Origin: Octopus vulgaris
Taxonomy: Eukaryota
Direction: 5' to 3'
Assembly (NCBI GenBank): GCA_951406725.2
Contig: OX597830.1
Span: 70,804,001 to 70,868,000 of the forward strand
DNA: 64,000 bases
Shown here: positions 40,266-54,625 of the stretch, in pieces
Layout of the letters: every line of letters begins with the position of its first letter
Numbering within the stretch: position 1 is the stretch's first letter
Made by a program: the position numbers and the translations under genes
The notes under the pieces: generated by a model
What the model saw: the letters and a program-made list of their open reading frames with translations, nothing else
Told to the model about the DNA's origin: nothing
The model's database searches: none

Positions 40266-40329
<64 letters not shown>

Positions 40330-40492
40330 ATACATATATAAACATATATACATATATATATATATACACATATATACATATATATATATATGTATATATA
40401 TATATGTATATATATATACATATATATATATATAAATATGTTTAAATATATATATATACATACATATATAAGTATATATATCTACACTCACA

Positions 40493-40530
<38 letters not shown>

Positions 40531-40760
40531 TCTATTGTACAGGTACTTCCAACACGTTCATGATGTATTTACCTATACACACACACACACACATATATAT
40601 ATATGAATATCTGTGTGTATATGTATATATGTGTATATATGCATATATAGATATATATATATATACATATATCAATATGTATATATACATATATCAATAT
40701 ATATATATACATATATATATACATACATATATATCAATATATATATATATAAATATATAT

Positions 40761-40945
<185 letters not shown>

Positions 40946-41103
40946 TATATATATATGTATGTATAGATGAAGAAGGACATTAAGCATTAAACGGCTCCTC
41001 CTCAATCATCAACAGCAGAATGAAGAGCTTCACCCTCGCTACTTAAACAATAACCAGAATAAAAGTTATAGAGTGTGCCACCACCACAACTACTCTGCTG
41101 CTG

Positions 41104-41145
<42 letters not shown>

Positions 41146-41170
41146 ATACTACTGCTGCTGCTGGTGATGG

Positions 41171-41216
<46 letters not shown>

Positions 41217-41828
41217 GATGAGGAGGAGGAGGATGACGACGACGATGACGATGATGATGATGATGATGGTGATAATGATGATGATGATGATTAATGATGA
41301 TGATGATGATGATGAGGATGATGAGGATGATGACGATGATGATGATGATGATGACGATGATGATGATGATGATGACGACGATGACGATGATGATGATGGT
41401 GATAATGATGATGATGAGGATACCGCTGTTGCTGTTGCTGCTGCAACAAAATATTATTATTATTATCGCCATTACAATCATCATCTCCATCATCATAATC
41501 ATCGCCGTCATCACCATTGTAATCAGAAAATCCCTAATTATTACATTAAACACCACTACCACCACCATGCCCGTCATTAACATCATCATCATCATCATCA
41601 TCATCACCATCATATTGATCTTCGTGAAAACCGTCATGATATTGTACTCAAATAATTATTTTTCCCTCTCCTTCAACCTATCACCCAATAGGTAAAATTT
41701 ATGGCCCAAAATAAATAAATAAATAAGTTATATATATAAGAATAAAATAAAAACAAATGATGTCTTTTTAAGTACACTAGTAAAAATGAATATACACACA
41801 CAGATATATATATATATATGGTCATATA

Positions 41829-41878
<50 letters not shown>

Positions 41879-42349
41879 CAGAGACACGTATATATATATG
41901 TATATACACATAAATCACAACGTTTCCAAGTGTTTACCAACAAAGAGTACCCAAAGTAATGGAAAATCTCATTATTCTACCCATTACATCTGTGCCTCCA
42001 CCCACCCACCTACCCACCCACTCACCCACATTTACTTACGAATTCTAAGTGGGTATGTGTATTCATCTCTTGTACTACTCATGTGTGTATGTATGCGAGT
42101 GTGTGTAAATGTATAGACAGACACACATACACACACATGTTAACACACGTATATATATCTCAAAATAGAACGTATACATGTATATATGTATATGTATATA
42201 GACATACATACACACACGTTTACACACGTATGTGTTGCACAATAGAATGTATAAATGTGTGTGCGTGTGTACATACATACATACATACATGCATACATAC
42301 ATACATACACACATACATACATACATACATACATACATACATACATACA

Positions 42350-42385
<36 letters not shown>

Positions 42386-42388
42386 TAT

Positions 42389-42475
<87 letters not shown>

Positions 42476-42573
42476 TAGATATATAGATAAATAGATAGAC
42501 AGAGAGATAGAGAGTGAAAACGAAAAATATATATTATTTACGTAATTTACGTATGCCTATATATATACATATT

Positions 42574-42620
<47 letters not shown>

Positions 42621-42764
42621 ATGTATGTCTATCTATCCACGTACATTCATATCTTTATATATATATGCATATATATGTGTTTGTGTGCATGTACGCTAAA
42701 ACACTTTCAGCCACACACATACACACACACACACACACACGCACACATACATACACACACGCAC

Positions 42765-42819
<55 letters not shown>

Positions 42820-43333
42820 GACACACCACGCACAAAAGATTCTTCTCTGTTATGTCTGATTAAAGAAGTAAAGTAGTTCGATTCATTTATTTTTTTATTG
42901 CATTTTGTTGTGTTTTTGTTTTGTTTTTTGTTTCTTTTTCTTGTTATTCACAATTTCTATTCTTTCGAAAAAATTTTTTTATCTTCTTCAATTCAGATCT
43001 GTTCAAAGATCAAAGTATCACTTAGATCACATCACACTTATATCACACATCCTGCCCCCTGCCCCCCCCCCCCACCACAGCCTCACACATCCTGCCCCCA
43101 AACATCACATACACAGGACACACAGTACAGAGAGATAGGGTTCTTTCAAAAGTATCTATTGTCCATCATCTAAACCTATCTAAGGAAAATATCGAATGAG
43201 AAACACGTTGCAAAACTCTTACAGAATTTATGGCCGTTCCTTCAATTATTAGATTTATTGATTGAAAAAATATCATCTCGTTACTTGAATGAAAGTGTGT
43301 GAGTATATATACATACATAACATACATACATAC

Positions 43334-43430
<97 letters not shown>

Positions 43431-43665
43431 CGTATATACAAGTAAATATATATATACGTTTATATACATATACATGTATACATCCTATATATACATATAT
43501 GTATATTATATATAATACATAATATAGAATATACGCTAAATATATAAAATATAACATATAATATAAATATGATATATATATATGTATGTATATACCTTCA
43601 CTTTTATATAAGTATATTATATGTATCCATATTTATGTGAGTTATGTAAGTAAACATATATGTAT

Positions 43666-43714
<49 letters not shown>

Positions 43715-43718
43715 TATA

Positions 43719-43775
<57 letters not shown>

Positions 43776-44014
43776 CACATATATATATATATGCACTCTC
43801 TTCTGTCAATTTTAGGCTGATCTTTTTTTAAAATATCTCTTAAATAATTCATAGATATTTTACTCTAAATTTTAAAATAAATATGGTGACTGTATCAACA
43901 AACGTTTATTAAAGTTTAAAATATGAATGTGTGTACATGTATATATATATATATATATACATATATTCATGCATTCATACATAATTTAGCCATCTATACA
44001 TACATATATATATA

Positions 44015-44243
44015 TATTTCTTTACTGCCCTCAAGGGCTAAACATAGAGGTGACAAACAAGGGAAGACAAAGGGATTAAGTCGATTACATCGACCCCAGT
44101 GCGAAACTGGTACTTTATTTATCGACCCCGAGAGGATGAAAGGCAAAGTAGACCTCGGCGGAATTTGAACTCAGAACGTACCGGCAGACGAAATACGGCT
44201 ACGCATTTCGCCCGGCGTGCTAACGATTCTGCCAGCTCACCGC
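44015..44243 (-). mobile_element. Full-length family-A SINE
   Basis: Reverse-complement match to 33818-34048. Confidence 0.9.
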
Positions 44244-44605
44244 ATACATGTATACATACTTGCATATACACATATATGAATGATGTGTAAGCCTTTTGTA
44301 TAAAGGGATAAGATTGAAGCCCTTTAATGTGAGTTGAAGTTTACGAATACTAAGCTAAATCTACCATTTTTGAAGTACAAGGATATTTTGTATTAAATAC
44401 CTTGCACAATATTTTAGTTTTAAGTCATAAGCTGATTTGTTATCAACTCAGATCTTTGCTCTCATTTATGTAACCTGAACTGGTACGTAGGGTATTGTGC
44501 ACGAGGTACAGAAGGGCCTATACTAAAGAAAGTAGGCATTAACAAAGCCCAAGCATATCGAAGTTGGTCTCTCTCAGCATCGGAGTTTACCACATTTCGC
44601 GAGAT

Positions 44606-44816
44606 CTTTTCTACAATAGGTACAATGCCTGAAATTTTGCGGAAGAGAACTAGTCGATTACGTCTACCCCAGTGTTTCACTGGAACTTAATCAATCGACC
44701 CCGAAAGGATGAAAGGCAAAGTAAACCTCGACGGAATTTGAACTCAGAACGTAGCTGCAGACGAGATACCGCTAAGCATTCCGTCCAGCGTGTTAACGAT
44801 TCTGCCAGCTCACCGC
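44606..44816 (-). mobile_element. Family-A SINE (alternative 3' tail subfamily)
   Basis: Same head and core; tail TTTCTACAATAGGTACAATGCCTGAAATTTT as at 5200. Confidence 0.85.
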
Positions 44817-45247
44817 ATAATACGAAACACACTCCTAACTGTATCACAAAATAACATATATTAATCACAATGTGTTGAACTAGACCATCTGATGACATGG
44901 ATTTGTTTAGTTTGAACAAGGTTCCTTCTGGTTTACCAGCAAAATGTATAGATCGAAGTTTCTTATAAGATATTTCTCTGAAAATTTCTCTTAAAATTTC
45001 TCCACTCCAGGAGTGGCTTTGTAGTAAGTAGCTTGCTTACCAACCACACGGTTCCAGGTTCAATCACACTGCGTGGCACCTTGGGCAAGTGTCTTCTACT
45101 AACGCCTCGGGCCAACCAAAGCCTTGTGAGTGGATTTGGTAGATGGAAACTGAAAGAAGCTCGTCGAATATATGTATATATATAATATATATATATATAT
45201 ATGTATATATATGTATATATATATATTTATTTATTTATATATATATA

Positions 45248-45337
<90 letters not shown>

Positions 45338-46040
45338 AACAATATAGGATGAAGTCCCTTTCTCTACAGAAAAGGATTCCATCAAAAAGCGTGGCAGTGT
45401 ATTAAAAAAACCATTAAGGTTGAAGTATAAACATCTTATAATTAAGGGCTAAAGAAGGGTTATTCCAAAGCCAATACACTGATTTATCCACTTATAATCC
45501 ACTTGTTACAGGAAAATTGAACTGAAAGCGGGCAACTAACCTTTAGAAAATTTAAATTTCGTTATCTCTATATTGAATCAATTTCGGAATTAATCCCTAT
45601 AAAGGATATATTCTTCTTCAGTAGAGCTTACGAGGGAACATAAATAAAATACTCACATGTGATCATGGAAAAAGCAGTAGCTAAAAACACAACTACATTT
45701 AAGTACATCATTTATATCTAAAAATAAAAATTCTTTGGTCAGTCTCGCCGCTATTATAAGCGGATAAATCAGTATATTGGCTATAGAATAACCTTCTTTA
45801 GCCCTTAATTATAAGATGTTTATACTTCAACCGTAATGGTTTTTTTAATATACTGCCACGCTTTTTGATGGAATCCTTTTCTGTAGAGAAAGGGACTTCA
45901 TCCTATATTGTTAGTAGTAAAGTCATTGCTTCTTACAAGGGGACCGGTAACCATTACAATATGTAGCGGCGATAGGTCAACACGTTGTTCTGAGACTGAC
46001 CAAGGCTATAGAATAACCTTCTTTACCCCTTAATTATAAG
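45338..46040. mobile_element. Rearranged PLE-terminus cassette: ~160-bp inverted repeats around a hammerhead
   Basis: 45338-45498 is the reverse complement of 45753-45912. A third partial copy lies at 46003-46040. Confidence 0.7.
45566..45626 (-). ncRNA. Type-I hammerhead ribozyme, canonical core
   Basis: Minus strand: CTCTA-CTGAAGA-aGAAT..ATCCT(T..)..GGGAT..ATTCc-GAAA-TTGA(t)TCAA-TA-TAGAG. 5-bp stem I, palindromic stem III, AUA cleavage triplet. Confidence 0.8.
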
Positions 46041-46045
46041 GTATA

Positions 46046-46088
<43 letters not shown>

Positions 46089-46344
46089 GTGTGTTAATAT
46101 GTTTGTATGTCTGTGTTTGTCCTCCCTGCAACATCGCTTGACAACCGATGCTGGTGTTTTTACGTCCCCGTAACTTAGCGGTTCGGCAAAAGGGACCAAT
46201 ACAATAAGTACTAGGCTTACAAAGAATAAGTCCTGGGACCGATTTGCTCGACTAAAGGCGGTGCTCCAGCATGGCCACAATCAAATGACTGAAACAAGTA
46301 AAAGAGTAAAGAGTAATACATGCCTATGTACCCGCACATTATTG

Positions 46345-46655
46345 CTACACTGGATTTATTTCTTTTGATTGTACACTCTTGATTTCTAGCTACCTATCCT
46401 TTGCTACGCTACCCTGGTAGGGGTATCCGTTTCGCCATCTACCTATACACTGTTGCTAGGCTGGATTAATTTCTTTCGATTGTACCCGCGTGGTTGGTAG
46501 CAACCATCTTCAGTACGCAACCCTGGTAGGGGTATCCGGTTTGCTATCTACCTAGTCTGGATTAATTTCTTTTCATTGATCCCGCTTGGTTGGTAGCAAT
46601 CGTTTTCTCTTAACTACCTTGCTAGGGATATCAATTTAATCGCCATCTAAATATG
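46345..46655 (+). repeat. Degenerate ~100-bp tandem repeat x3
   Basis: TGGATT(T/A)ATTTCTTT...ACCCTGGTAGGGGTATCC...ATCTACCTA recurs three times. Confidence 0.75.
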
Positions 46656-47516
46656 CGCAGTTGTGGCTGTGTGGTAACCCTATGAATTAAGAACTGGGAC
46701 TTTCTTAGCAGTCAAATTTGGACTAGTTCTTTTGGGGCAGATGCATACCGTTTTCAGACAATAGGACTGGCTCTGAGCAATGTTTTCCCTTATTTCAAAC
46801 AACTTCAGACACAAGTGTCTCTTGATTTTTAACATTTCTATTCACATCCCTATCATATGGTGCGTAGTACCTCTTTTCGATGTGGGCAGTGGGTGCTATC
46901 ATTGGCAAATTTCAGCGAAAGATGGTAGTTTCCTAACAAAACTTGAAAGGAACACGTGCTGCTTATGTATAAGAGAACAACCAATTGACGGCATTGTTTC
47001 TGATCGTGTTGCAGACATCTTGTATGTATGTATGTATGTATGTATGTATGTATGTATGTATGTATGTATGTATGTATGTATGTATGTATGTATGTATGTA
47101 TGCATGTATGTATGTATGTATGTATGTATGTATGTATGCATGTATGTATGTATGCATGTCATTCCTATATGTGTGTATGTATATATGTGTACATGTATGT
47201 ATGTATGTATGTATGTATGTATGTATGTATGTATGTATGTATGTATGTATGTATGTATGTATGTATGTATGTATGTATGTATGTATGTATGTATGTATGT
47301 ATGTATGTATGTATGCATGTATGTATGTATGCATGTCATTCCTATATGTGTGTATGTATGTATGTATGTATGTATGTATGTATGTGTGTATGTATGTATG
47401 CATGTATGTATGTATGTATGTATGTCATGTATGTGTGTATGTATGTATGTATGTATGTATGTATATATGAGTGGATGAATGAATCTATGGATAGAAACAC
47501 ATACAGATATAAATGA

Positions 47517-47552
<36 letters not shown>

Positions 47553-48014
47553 ATGTATGTGTGTGTATACTGTCGACGTCGTAAGAAATTAATATATATA
47601 TATATATGTACGTATGTATGCATATATGTATAAATATGCACATACATTTACATATATATGCATATTTATGCGCATACACACATTTATTGATGTGTGTGTG
47701 CGTGTATATGTGTGTATGTGTGCAGGAGTATGTGCGTATATGCGTACGTGTGTATGCGTAAGTGTGTATATGCGAGTATATGTATGAGTATGCGTGCACA
47801 CGGACGCATGTGTAAGGATTTATGATATTGATCAGTTTTGCTTATCCTAGGATCGGGATTCTAGGAAATCCCAGGGTATAATAAATTATGTTAATATTTT
47901 GAAATACAATATATTGCTTGGAAACATGTGGTTAATTAATTAAAATAAATCTCCAAGTTATGGAATGCATTTTCCTCCATGATTCGAAAAATTAAAATTG
48001 AAATGGTGACAGAG

Positions 48015-48061
<47 letters not shown>

Positions 48062-48421
48062 TACAGACACACACACATATATTAATATATATATTTATAT
48101 ATAGATGTGTATACATACATAGATATAGATATAAATATACACACATACACACGTGTATACACGCTACATGCATACATATCTGTATTTATGTATATATGTA
48201 TAAATGCATGTTTGTGTGTATATATATATATTTTGTCTGACGAACTATATTTGTAAAGTAACTGTTGATTAAAACTATTCGTAGAATAACATGTAAACGG
48301 AGCTTCAATATACAACTTATAACGAATTTCTAACAGGTTTCTTAGAGGTTGTATATATATATACATATATACATGCATACATATATGAATACATATATTT
48401 ACACACAGTCACAGACACACG

Positions 48422-48511
<90 letters not shown>

Positions 48512-49872
48512 TGTATGTATGTATGCATGTATACATGTATGTATATTAAAAATACAATTTTTTCCGTTTATTGAAAACAAAGAAATAATTTATGGCAATG
48601 AGTTTCGCAAAGAACTTGTAAGAAAAAACAAGTGCTATCTATTTCTATGATAATAGAAATATACGTTCAAGACATATTTTAATATCTTTGCATCGTATTT
48701 GAAATTCAATGAACAGAAAACGATACGTTAGAATAAATCCCGGTTTATATGATTTAATTAAATTTGATCGGTACCATGGTCATGTAGCTTGGTTCTTAGT
48801 TTATATAGAAAATGTCACCTCGACAGAAAATGCCCTCGGATTCTATAGAAGGGGATAGACACGTCTTTAGCGCATCTAGCAACAAAGTAACAGTCCTTAT
48901 TTATTCATTACACTCTTAGTTAGCTTATATTTATCCAGAAAAGGTTGAGGTCATGATGTTTACTAACCTCTTGTACAAGTCAACAAGTCAAAAGAGCCGT
49001 TTTGTAGTACGCGTAAGACAGTTGGCGATCGTATTAAAAGAGCTTTTCAAAATTTTTACCACCACAACCGCTGTACCACCCATAACACAATGCTTCTTTT
49101 CCTTTTTCTTATGGAATAATAAATGTTTAGCATACGAAATGGCAGAAACCTCCACTATTTTTAAGTTCGAGCATGATCTTTTACTTTTGTGTGTATTGAT
49201 ACCCAAATACTGGCGTTTATTTAGAGATCTTCATGCATTTACAGCTGTCGTTCTCAGGCATTTTTTTGCCTATGGACCATCTTCGATCTCTATACTTCTG
49301 CACTGGACTCCCATAGCTGTTCAGTGTTTTAGAAAATCCTATTGTATTTTTAAAATGAAATATTATTTGGAATTGTTAAAAAAACTTAATATAATTTGTG
49401 TTTCGTTGAAGTAAAACCAGTTTATTTCACTTAAGTGTTAACAGCTGAATCTTATATAGACCCCCCCCCCAATGGTCATATGGTCTCCGGATGAGATTAA
49501 GGTTAAACTAAATCTTAATTTGGAAATTAGGATAATAGAACTTCAGAGCATTAGGGTGTTTTTTTTGTTTTTTTTTAATCGTTCTACTGCAATGAACAAG
49601 AGTAATTATATGCTGTGGATGTTTTAGAAAACAAAATGTACCATTTATCTTCGAAAGACTTATTTATTTCCTTTTCGATATAGAATTGATAGAGATACCT
49701 TCCAACATAACACGTTTTGCAATTATTTCTTGGCATGTTTTTTTTTCTTTTTACTAAGAACAAGGAGAGAAAAATCGGTTTTGCTGATAATCTCTGTCGC
49801 TTGTTCCTCATAGCAGCGTTTTCCACAACCAAGCGTTTTGCATTCCTAAAACCTGGCCTGCCAGATTATCTT

Positions 49873-50083
49873 ATTTCTACTCTAGGTACAAGGTCTGACA
49901 TTTGGCGGAAGTGGGTTAGTCGATTACATCAGCCACATTGCTCAACAGGTACTTATTTTATATCGACGCCGAAAGGATGAAAGTGAAAGTCGACTACGGG
50001 GAAAATTAAACTCAGAACATAAACCCGGAAAGAATGTCGCTATCCATTTTGTACGGCATGCTAAAGATTCTACAAGTTCACTG
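49873..50083 (-). mobile_element. Diverged family-A SINE
   Basis: Degenerate match to 44606-44816. Confidence 0.7.
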
Positions 50084-50744
50084 CATTTTGTCTGAGGAAC
50101 TATATTTGTAAAGTGAGTGTCGATTAAAACTATTCGTTGAGTCACATGTAAAAGGAGCTGCAATATACAATCTGTAACGAATTTATAACAGATTTCTTAG
50201 AAGTTGTATTTTGAAGCTCCAAAACAAACGATTAAGACATATTTGTTTGAAGTGGGTTCGATCCAAACAAAATATATTACACGATATATCGAATACTAAT
50301 ATATCTGTGACGTCAATGATGAGTCACATAGTTTAATTAAATGTACGGAAAATTACGATTTTATAAAATGCAATGAAAATAGAAGGTAAGAAAAATATTT
50401 CCTTCTTTTGTCGTTGTTTTAATGCTGTAAACTTTAAACAGCTTTCACTTTCATTTTAAGATTAGTGTGTGCAGGTAACGTTATATGTATGTATGCATGT
50501 AGGTATCCATTAGGTTACAGGGTTCATCAGAATCTAGGTATTTCAACGTGTATGACGCCAGGAAATGCTAGGTACCGGGCTTGGAATATTCAGTTGACTT
50601 TAGCTGGCTGTATACTGCAAGTATGCATGTCTGCACGTCAATCCATGTAGGAGCACACGTAGACAAATGTATATACATACATATACGTAAGTACATATAT
50701 ATATATATATGTATGTATGTATATATATATAGATATATATATAT

Positions 50745-50941
50745 AATATGTGACAATTATAAACCGGGGATGAAGTCTGCTCAGGCATCTCATCAGTTAT
50801 TAAGACAAAACGCTATGAAAATAAACGTTGAATAACGGGAAATTACTCCAATAGGCATGCTAAAAGTAATACTTCATTCATAGAATCCGCATATGCACAT
50901 ATACTCTCACACATACACACATGTACGCACACACACACATG

Positions 50942-51003
<62 letters not shown>

Positions 51004-52471
51004 CATACTCATACACGCATGTTCATATACATACAAACACATATATATACGTATATATGTGCCTACGCATACACGCAAATACACACGCATATATACCCAT
51101 GCATCACTACGCTCATATATACATCTCTACGCACACACACACGTACATACGCGGATATACAAAACGTAGTTTATACGCACATGCGTATACATACGTGAAA
51201 AACGTATATACAAATAAAAACGCATACGCAAAAAAAAAAAACGTAAAATATTCACATTCGCCGCAAAACCTGAATATACAAATGAGTTATATATGCATAT
51301 ACACAAATACACCCTCCTGTCCGTCAAACACAGCTACACCTGCAGATATATAAACGTACATACATACACATATGAATGAAGGAAAGAGATAAGTACCACA
51401 AGTAGAGTCTTACACTCGTATATATACAATCATTCGCACACATATATATATGCAAGCACGTATACATTAGGTATATACTACACGCGTATAAGTTACACTA
51501 CTATAAATGGTGAAAAATACGATACAGAAAAAATATATAAAGTAATAAAATATATATAAATATATATGAGATGTTAAGACATACATGAAAGGCTTGTACA
51601 TGGACATAATATAAAAAACAGGTTCTATTTGTGGTCTTGTGGGGGTCCAAAAACGTAACAAATGTTTTGCCTTATGTGGACATGACCCAAAAAGATCAGT
51701 TCTTGAATTTAGACATGTGACGGGGTCTAAAGAACTTTTCCAGATGAGCCATCTTTCCATATCGCAAAGACCGCACTTTCCACTGCCGTTTGTGTAAGGC
51801 TTACACTTGGCCAAAATCTTCCAGTGAATCTTATAGTTGACAACTTTTTCTTTTAAGGACCATATATAACTGGATAATTTGGTTGTTTTCTTTTTATCCC
51901 AGTGTCTGAAGCATTAGGTGTGATTGTTGAACCTGGCTTAAAAATTCACCTCTGTAAGACTCACATATTTCTTTGACGAAACTATGTCCTTAGTGGTTGT
52001 AGTGTCTATGGTGGCTTCATAAATGATGGCCTCGGTCATACAAGCTCCATTTAGCGGGCACAAATTTTTGTGTATATACATATATAACTCATTTGTATAT
52101 TCATGTTTTGCGGCGATTGTGAATGTATTACGGTTTATGTTTTTTTTTTGCGTATGTTTTTTATTTGTATGTACGTCTATCCGTGTGTGTATGTGCATGT
52201 GCGTATAGACTACGTTTTGTATATCCGCGTATGTATGTGTATGTGCGTATAGAGATGTGTATATGAACATAATGATGGGTGCGTTTTTGCGTACGTGTTT
52301 TTATTTGTATATACGTATTTCCACGTAGTATATGCATGTGCGTATAAGCTACTTTTTGTATATCCGCATATGTATGTGTGTATGAGTGTAGAGGCTGTAT
52401 GAGCGTAGTGATGCGTGCATGGGTATATATGCGTGTGTATGTGCGTGTATGCGTAGACACATATATATATT

Positions 52472-52508
<37 letters not shown>

Positions 52509-52860
52509 TTGTACGTATATGTGTGTGAGTATGTATATAGATATATATGTGTGTGTGTGTGTGTGTGCGTGTGTGCGTGCATGTATGTGTGCGTGTATAT
52601 GTGTGCATATGCGGATTCTATGAATGAAGTATTACTTTCACCATGCCAATTGTGGTAATGTCTTTTTATTCAGCGGTTTTTTTCAGAGCGTTTTGTTTTA
52701 ATAACCGATGAGATGCCGGAGCAGACTTCAGCCCCGGTATCCGAAACTCTGAGCTTCATTATGACAACCAACTAATTGTCAGATATTATATTTGTAGATA
52801 AATTTCTGTATTTTACATAATATAAAGGGCTCATTCATTCTTTTGTTGTCATATTATTAT
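50745..52860 (-). mobile_element. 5'-truncated PLE (GIY-YIG only) with an inverted copy of its terminal repeat
   Basis: Minus-strand endonuclease at 52063-51640: CPLNGAC, IIYEAT..KYVSLT, KLSSYIW, CGLC..E, LNSR...CPH. 50745-51308 is the reverse complement of 52064-52797. Confidence 0.85.
52699..52761 (+). ncRNA. Degenerate type-I hammerhead in the inverted PLE terminal repeat
   Basis: TAATAA-CCGATGA-GATGCCGG.GC(loop)GC.CCGGTATC-c-GAAA-CTC(t)GAG-cT-TCATTA. The partner copy at ~50762-50802 has CTGATGA but lacks the GAAA half. Confidence 0.65.
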
Positions 52861-52933
<73 letters not shown>

Positions 52934-53032
52934 ATGTCATGTTTTGTATTAAAAAATAATCAACCGATGTTGGTCAATTTATTTGTTTCTTGATCAGAAG
53001 TTTCCTCCATTTTTTGCTTAATTAATTTATAC

Positions 53033-53125
<93 letters not shown>

Positions 53126-53147
53126 ATGTTACATTACTCGGTAGTCA

Positions 53148-53210
53148 AGATAAAACTCTGAGTTTCAGATGCCGAAGTGGAAATCCACAACACCATCTCT
53201 TCGGTTATCT
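53148..53210 (-). ncRNA. Type-I hammerhead (CCGAAGA core), left arm of a palindrome
   Basis: AGATAA-CCGAAGA-GATG..GTGGA(tt)TCCAC..CATC-t-GAAA-CTC(a)GAG-TT-TTATCT; 6-bp stem I, GUU site. Confidence 0.75.
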
Positions 53211-53269
53211 GGCTATTTGAAAACGTTATGAAAAAATATAACGTTTTCAAATAACGTTTTCAAATAGCC

Positions 53270-53332
53270 AGATAACCGAAGAGATGGTGTTGTGGATTTC
53301 CACTTCGGCCTCTGAAACTCAGAGTTTTATCT
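53270..53332 (+). ncRNA. Type-I hammerhead (CCGAAGA core), right arm of a palindrome
   Basis: Identical to the left-arm copy except for one stem-II substitution. Confidence 0.75.
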
Positions 53333-53428
53333 TGACTACCGAGTAATGTAACATATTGTATAGATAAATTTCCTCTATTTACATAATATTGAGGTCTCTT
53401 TCTTTCTTTTGTTATCTTACTGTTTTAT

Positions 53429-53489
<61 letters not shown>

Positions 53490-53781
53490 TACACGCCAAT
53501 GTGTATATATCCATTATAAACTGTAGAGCCCGCATTGGGATTGTTTCAAGTGTAGCACAGAAGTGGAGTTTAAAATTCACAACTGCTTCAGTACCATTGT
53601 ATTCATGAATAACAAAAATCCACTACCTTCACCTGATTTAAAGAAACAGATAGGCAGTTTGAGAATTTAAGTTGACCAGTTCATTTAGTTACATAACATG
53701 ACAAGTATCTGAAGCCTTAATATCAGGGTTTCTCAACCATTTTAACTATTTGGAACATTGGAGATTAGATATGCAACTAAT

Positions 53782-54036
53782 CTTTATTTTATCTTTTATC
53801 TTTTACTTGTTTCATTTGACTGCAGTCATGCTGTAGCATCGCCTTGAAGGATATTAGTCGAACAAATCGACCCCAGGACTTATTTCTTAAGCTTAAAACT
53901 TACTCTATCTGTTAATTTCACCGAACCACTAAATTACGGGTAAGTAAACACACCAACACCGCTTGTCAAGAAATGATGGGGAAGAAACACAGTCAGAAAG
54001 GCACACACACTTAAATACATACACATGTGTGTGTGT

Positions 54037-54072
<36 letters not shown>

Positions 54073-54625
54073 CGGGCTTCTTTCAGTTTCCGTCTATCAA
54101 ATCCTCTCACAAGGCTTTGGTCGGACCGAGGCTATAGTAGAAGACACCCGCCCAAGGTGCCATGCAGTGGGAATGAACCTGGATCCATGTGGTTGGGAAG
54201 CAATCTTATTTCTTTATTGCCCACAAGGGGCTAAACATAGAGGGAACAAACGGATTAAGTCCGATTATATCGACACCAGTGCGTAACTGGTACTTATTTA
54301 ATCGACACCGAAAGGATGAAAGGCAAAGTTGTCCTCGGCGGAATTTGAACTCAGAACGTAGCGGCAGACGAAGTACCTATTTCTTTACTACCCACAAGGG
54401 GCTAAACACACGGAGAACAAACAAGGACAGACAAACGGATTAAGTCGATTACATCGACCACAGTGCGTAACTGGTACTTATTTAATCTACCCCGAAAGGA
54501 TGAAAGGGAAAGTCGACTTCGGCGGAATTTAAACTCAGAACGTAGTGACAGACGAAATAACGCTAAGCATTTCGCCCGGCGTGCTAACGATTCTGCCAGC
54601 AATTTTCTTACCACACCACCGTGCA
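53782..54625 (-). mobile_element. Family-B SINE with a tandem family-A SINE dimer (54207-54600) inserted in its head
   Basis: The B body at 53782-54203 resumes at ~54604. The two A units are joined at GAAGTACCTATTTC. Confidence 0.8.

Larger units (their letters stand above)
45008..46315 (+). mobile_element. Family-B SINE split by a ~700-bp insertion
   Basis: 5' half at 45008-45167 and 3' half at ~46090-46315; the insertion sits in the internal (TA)n. Confidence 0.85.

Noticed and set aside
46680-47020. Coding-like unique sequence (also 6050-6900, 15650-16020, 31850-32000, 44460-44605)
   Set aside because: Interrupted frames and no motif I can assign with confidence; probably very old transposon debris.
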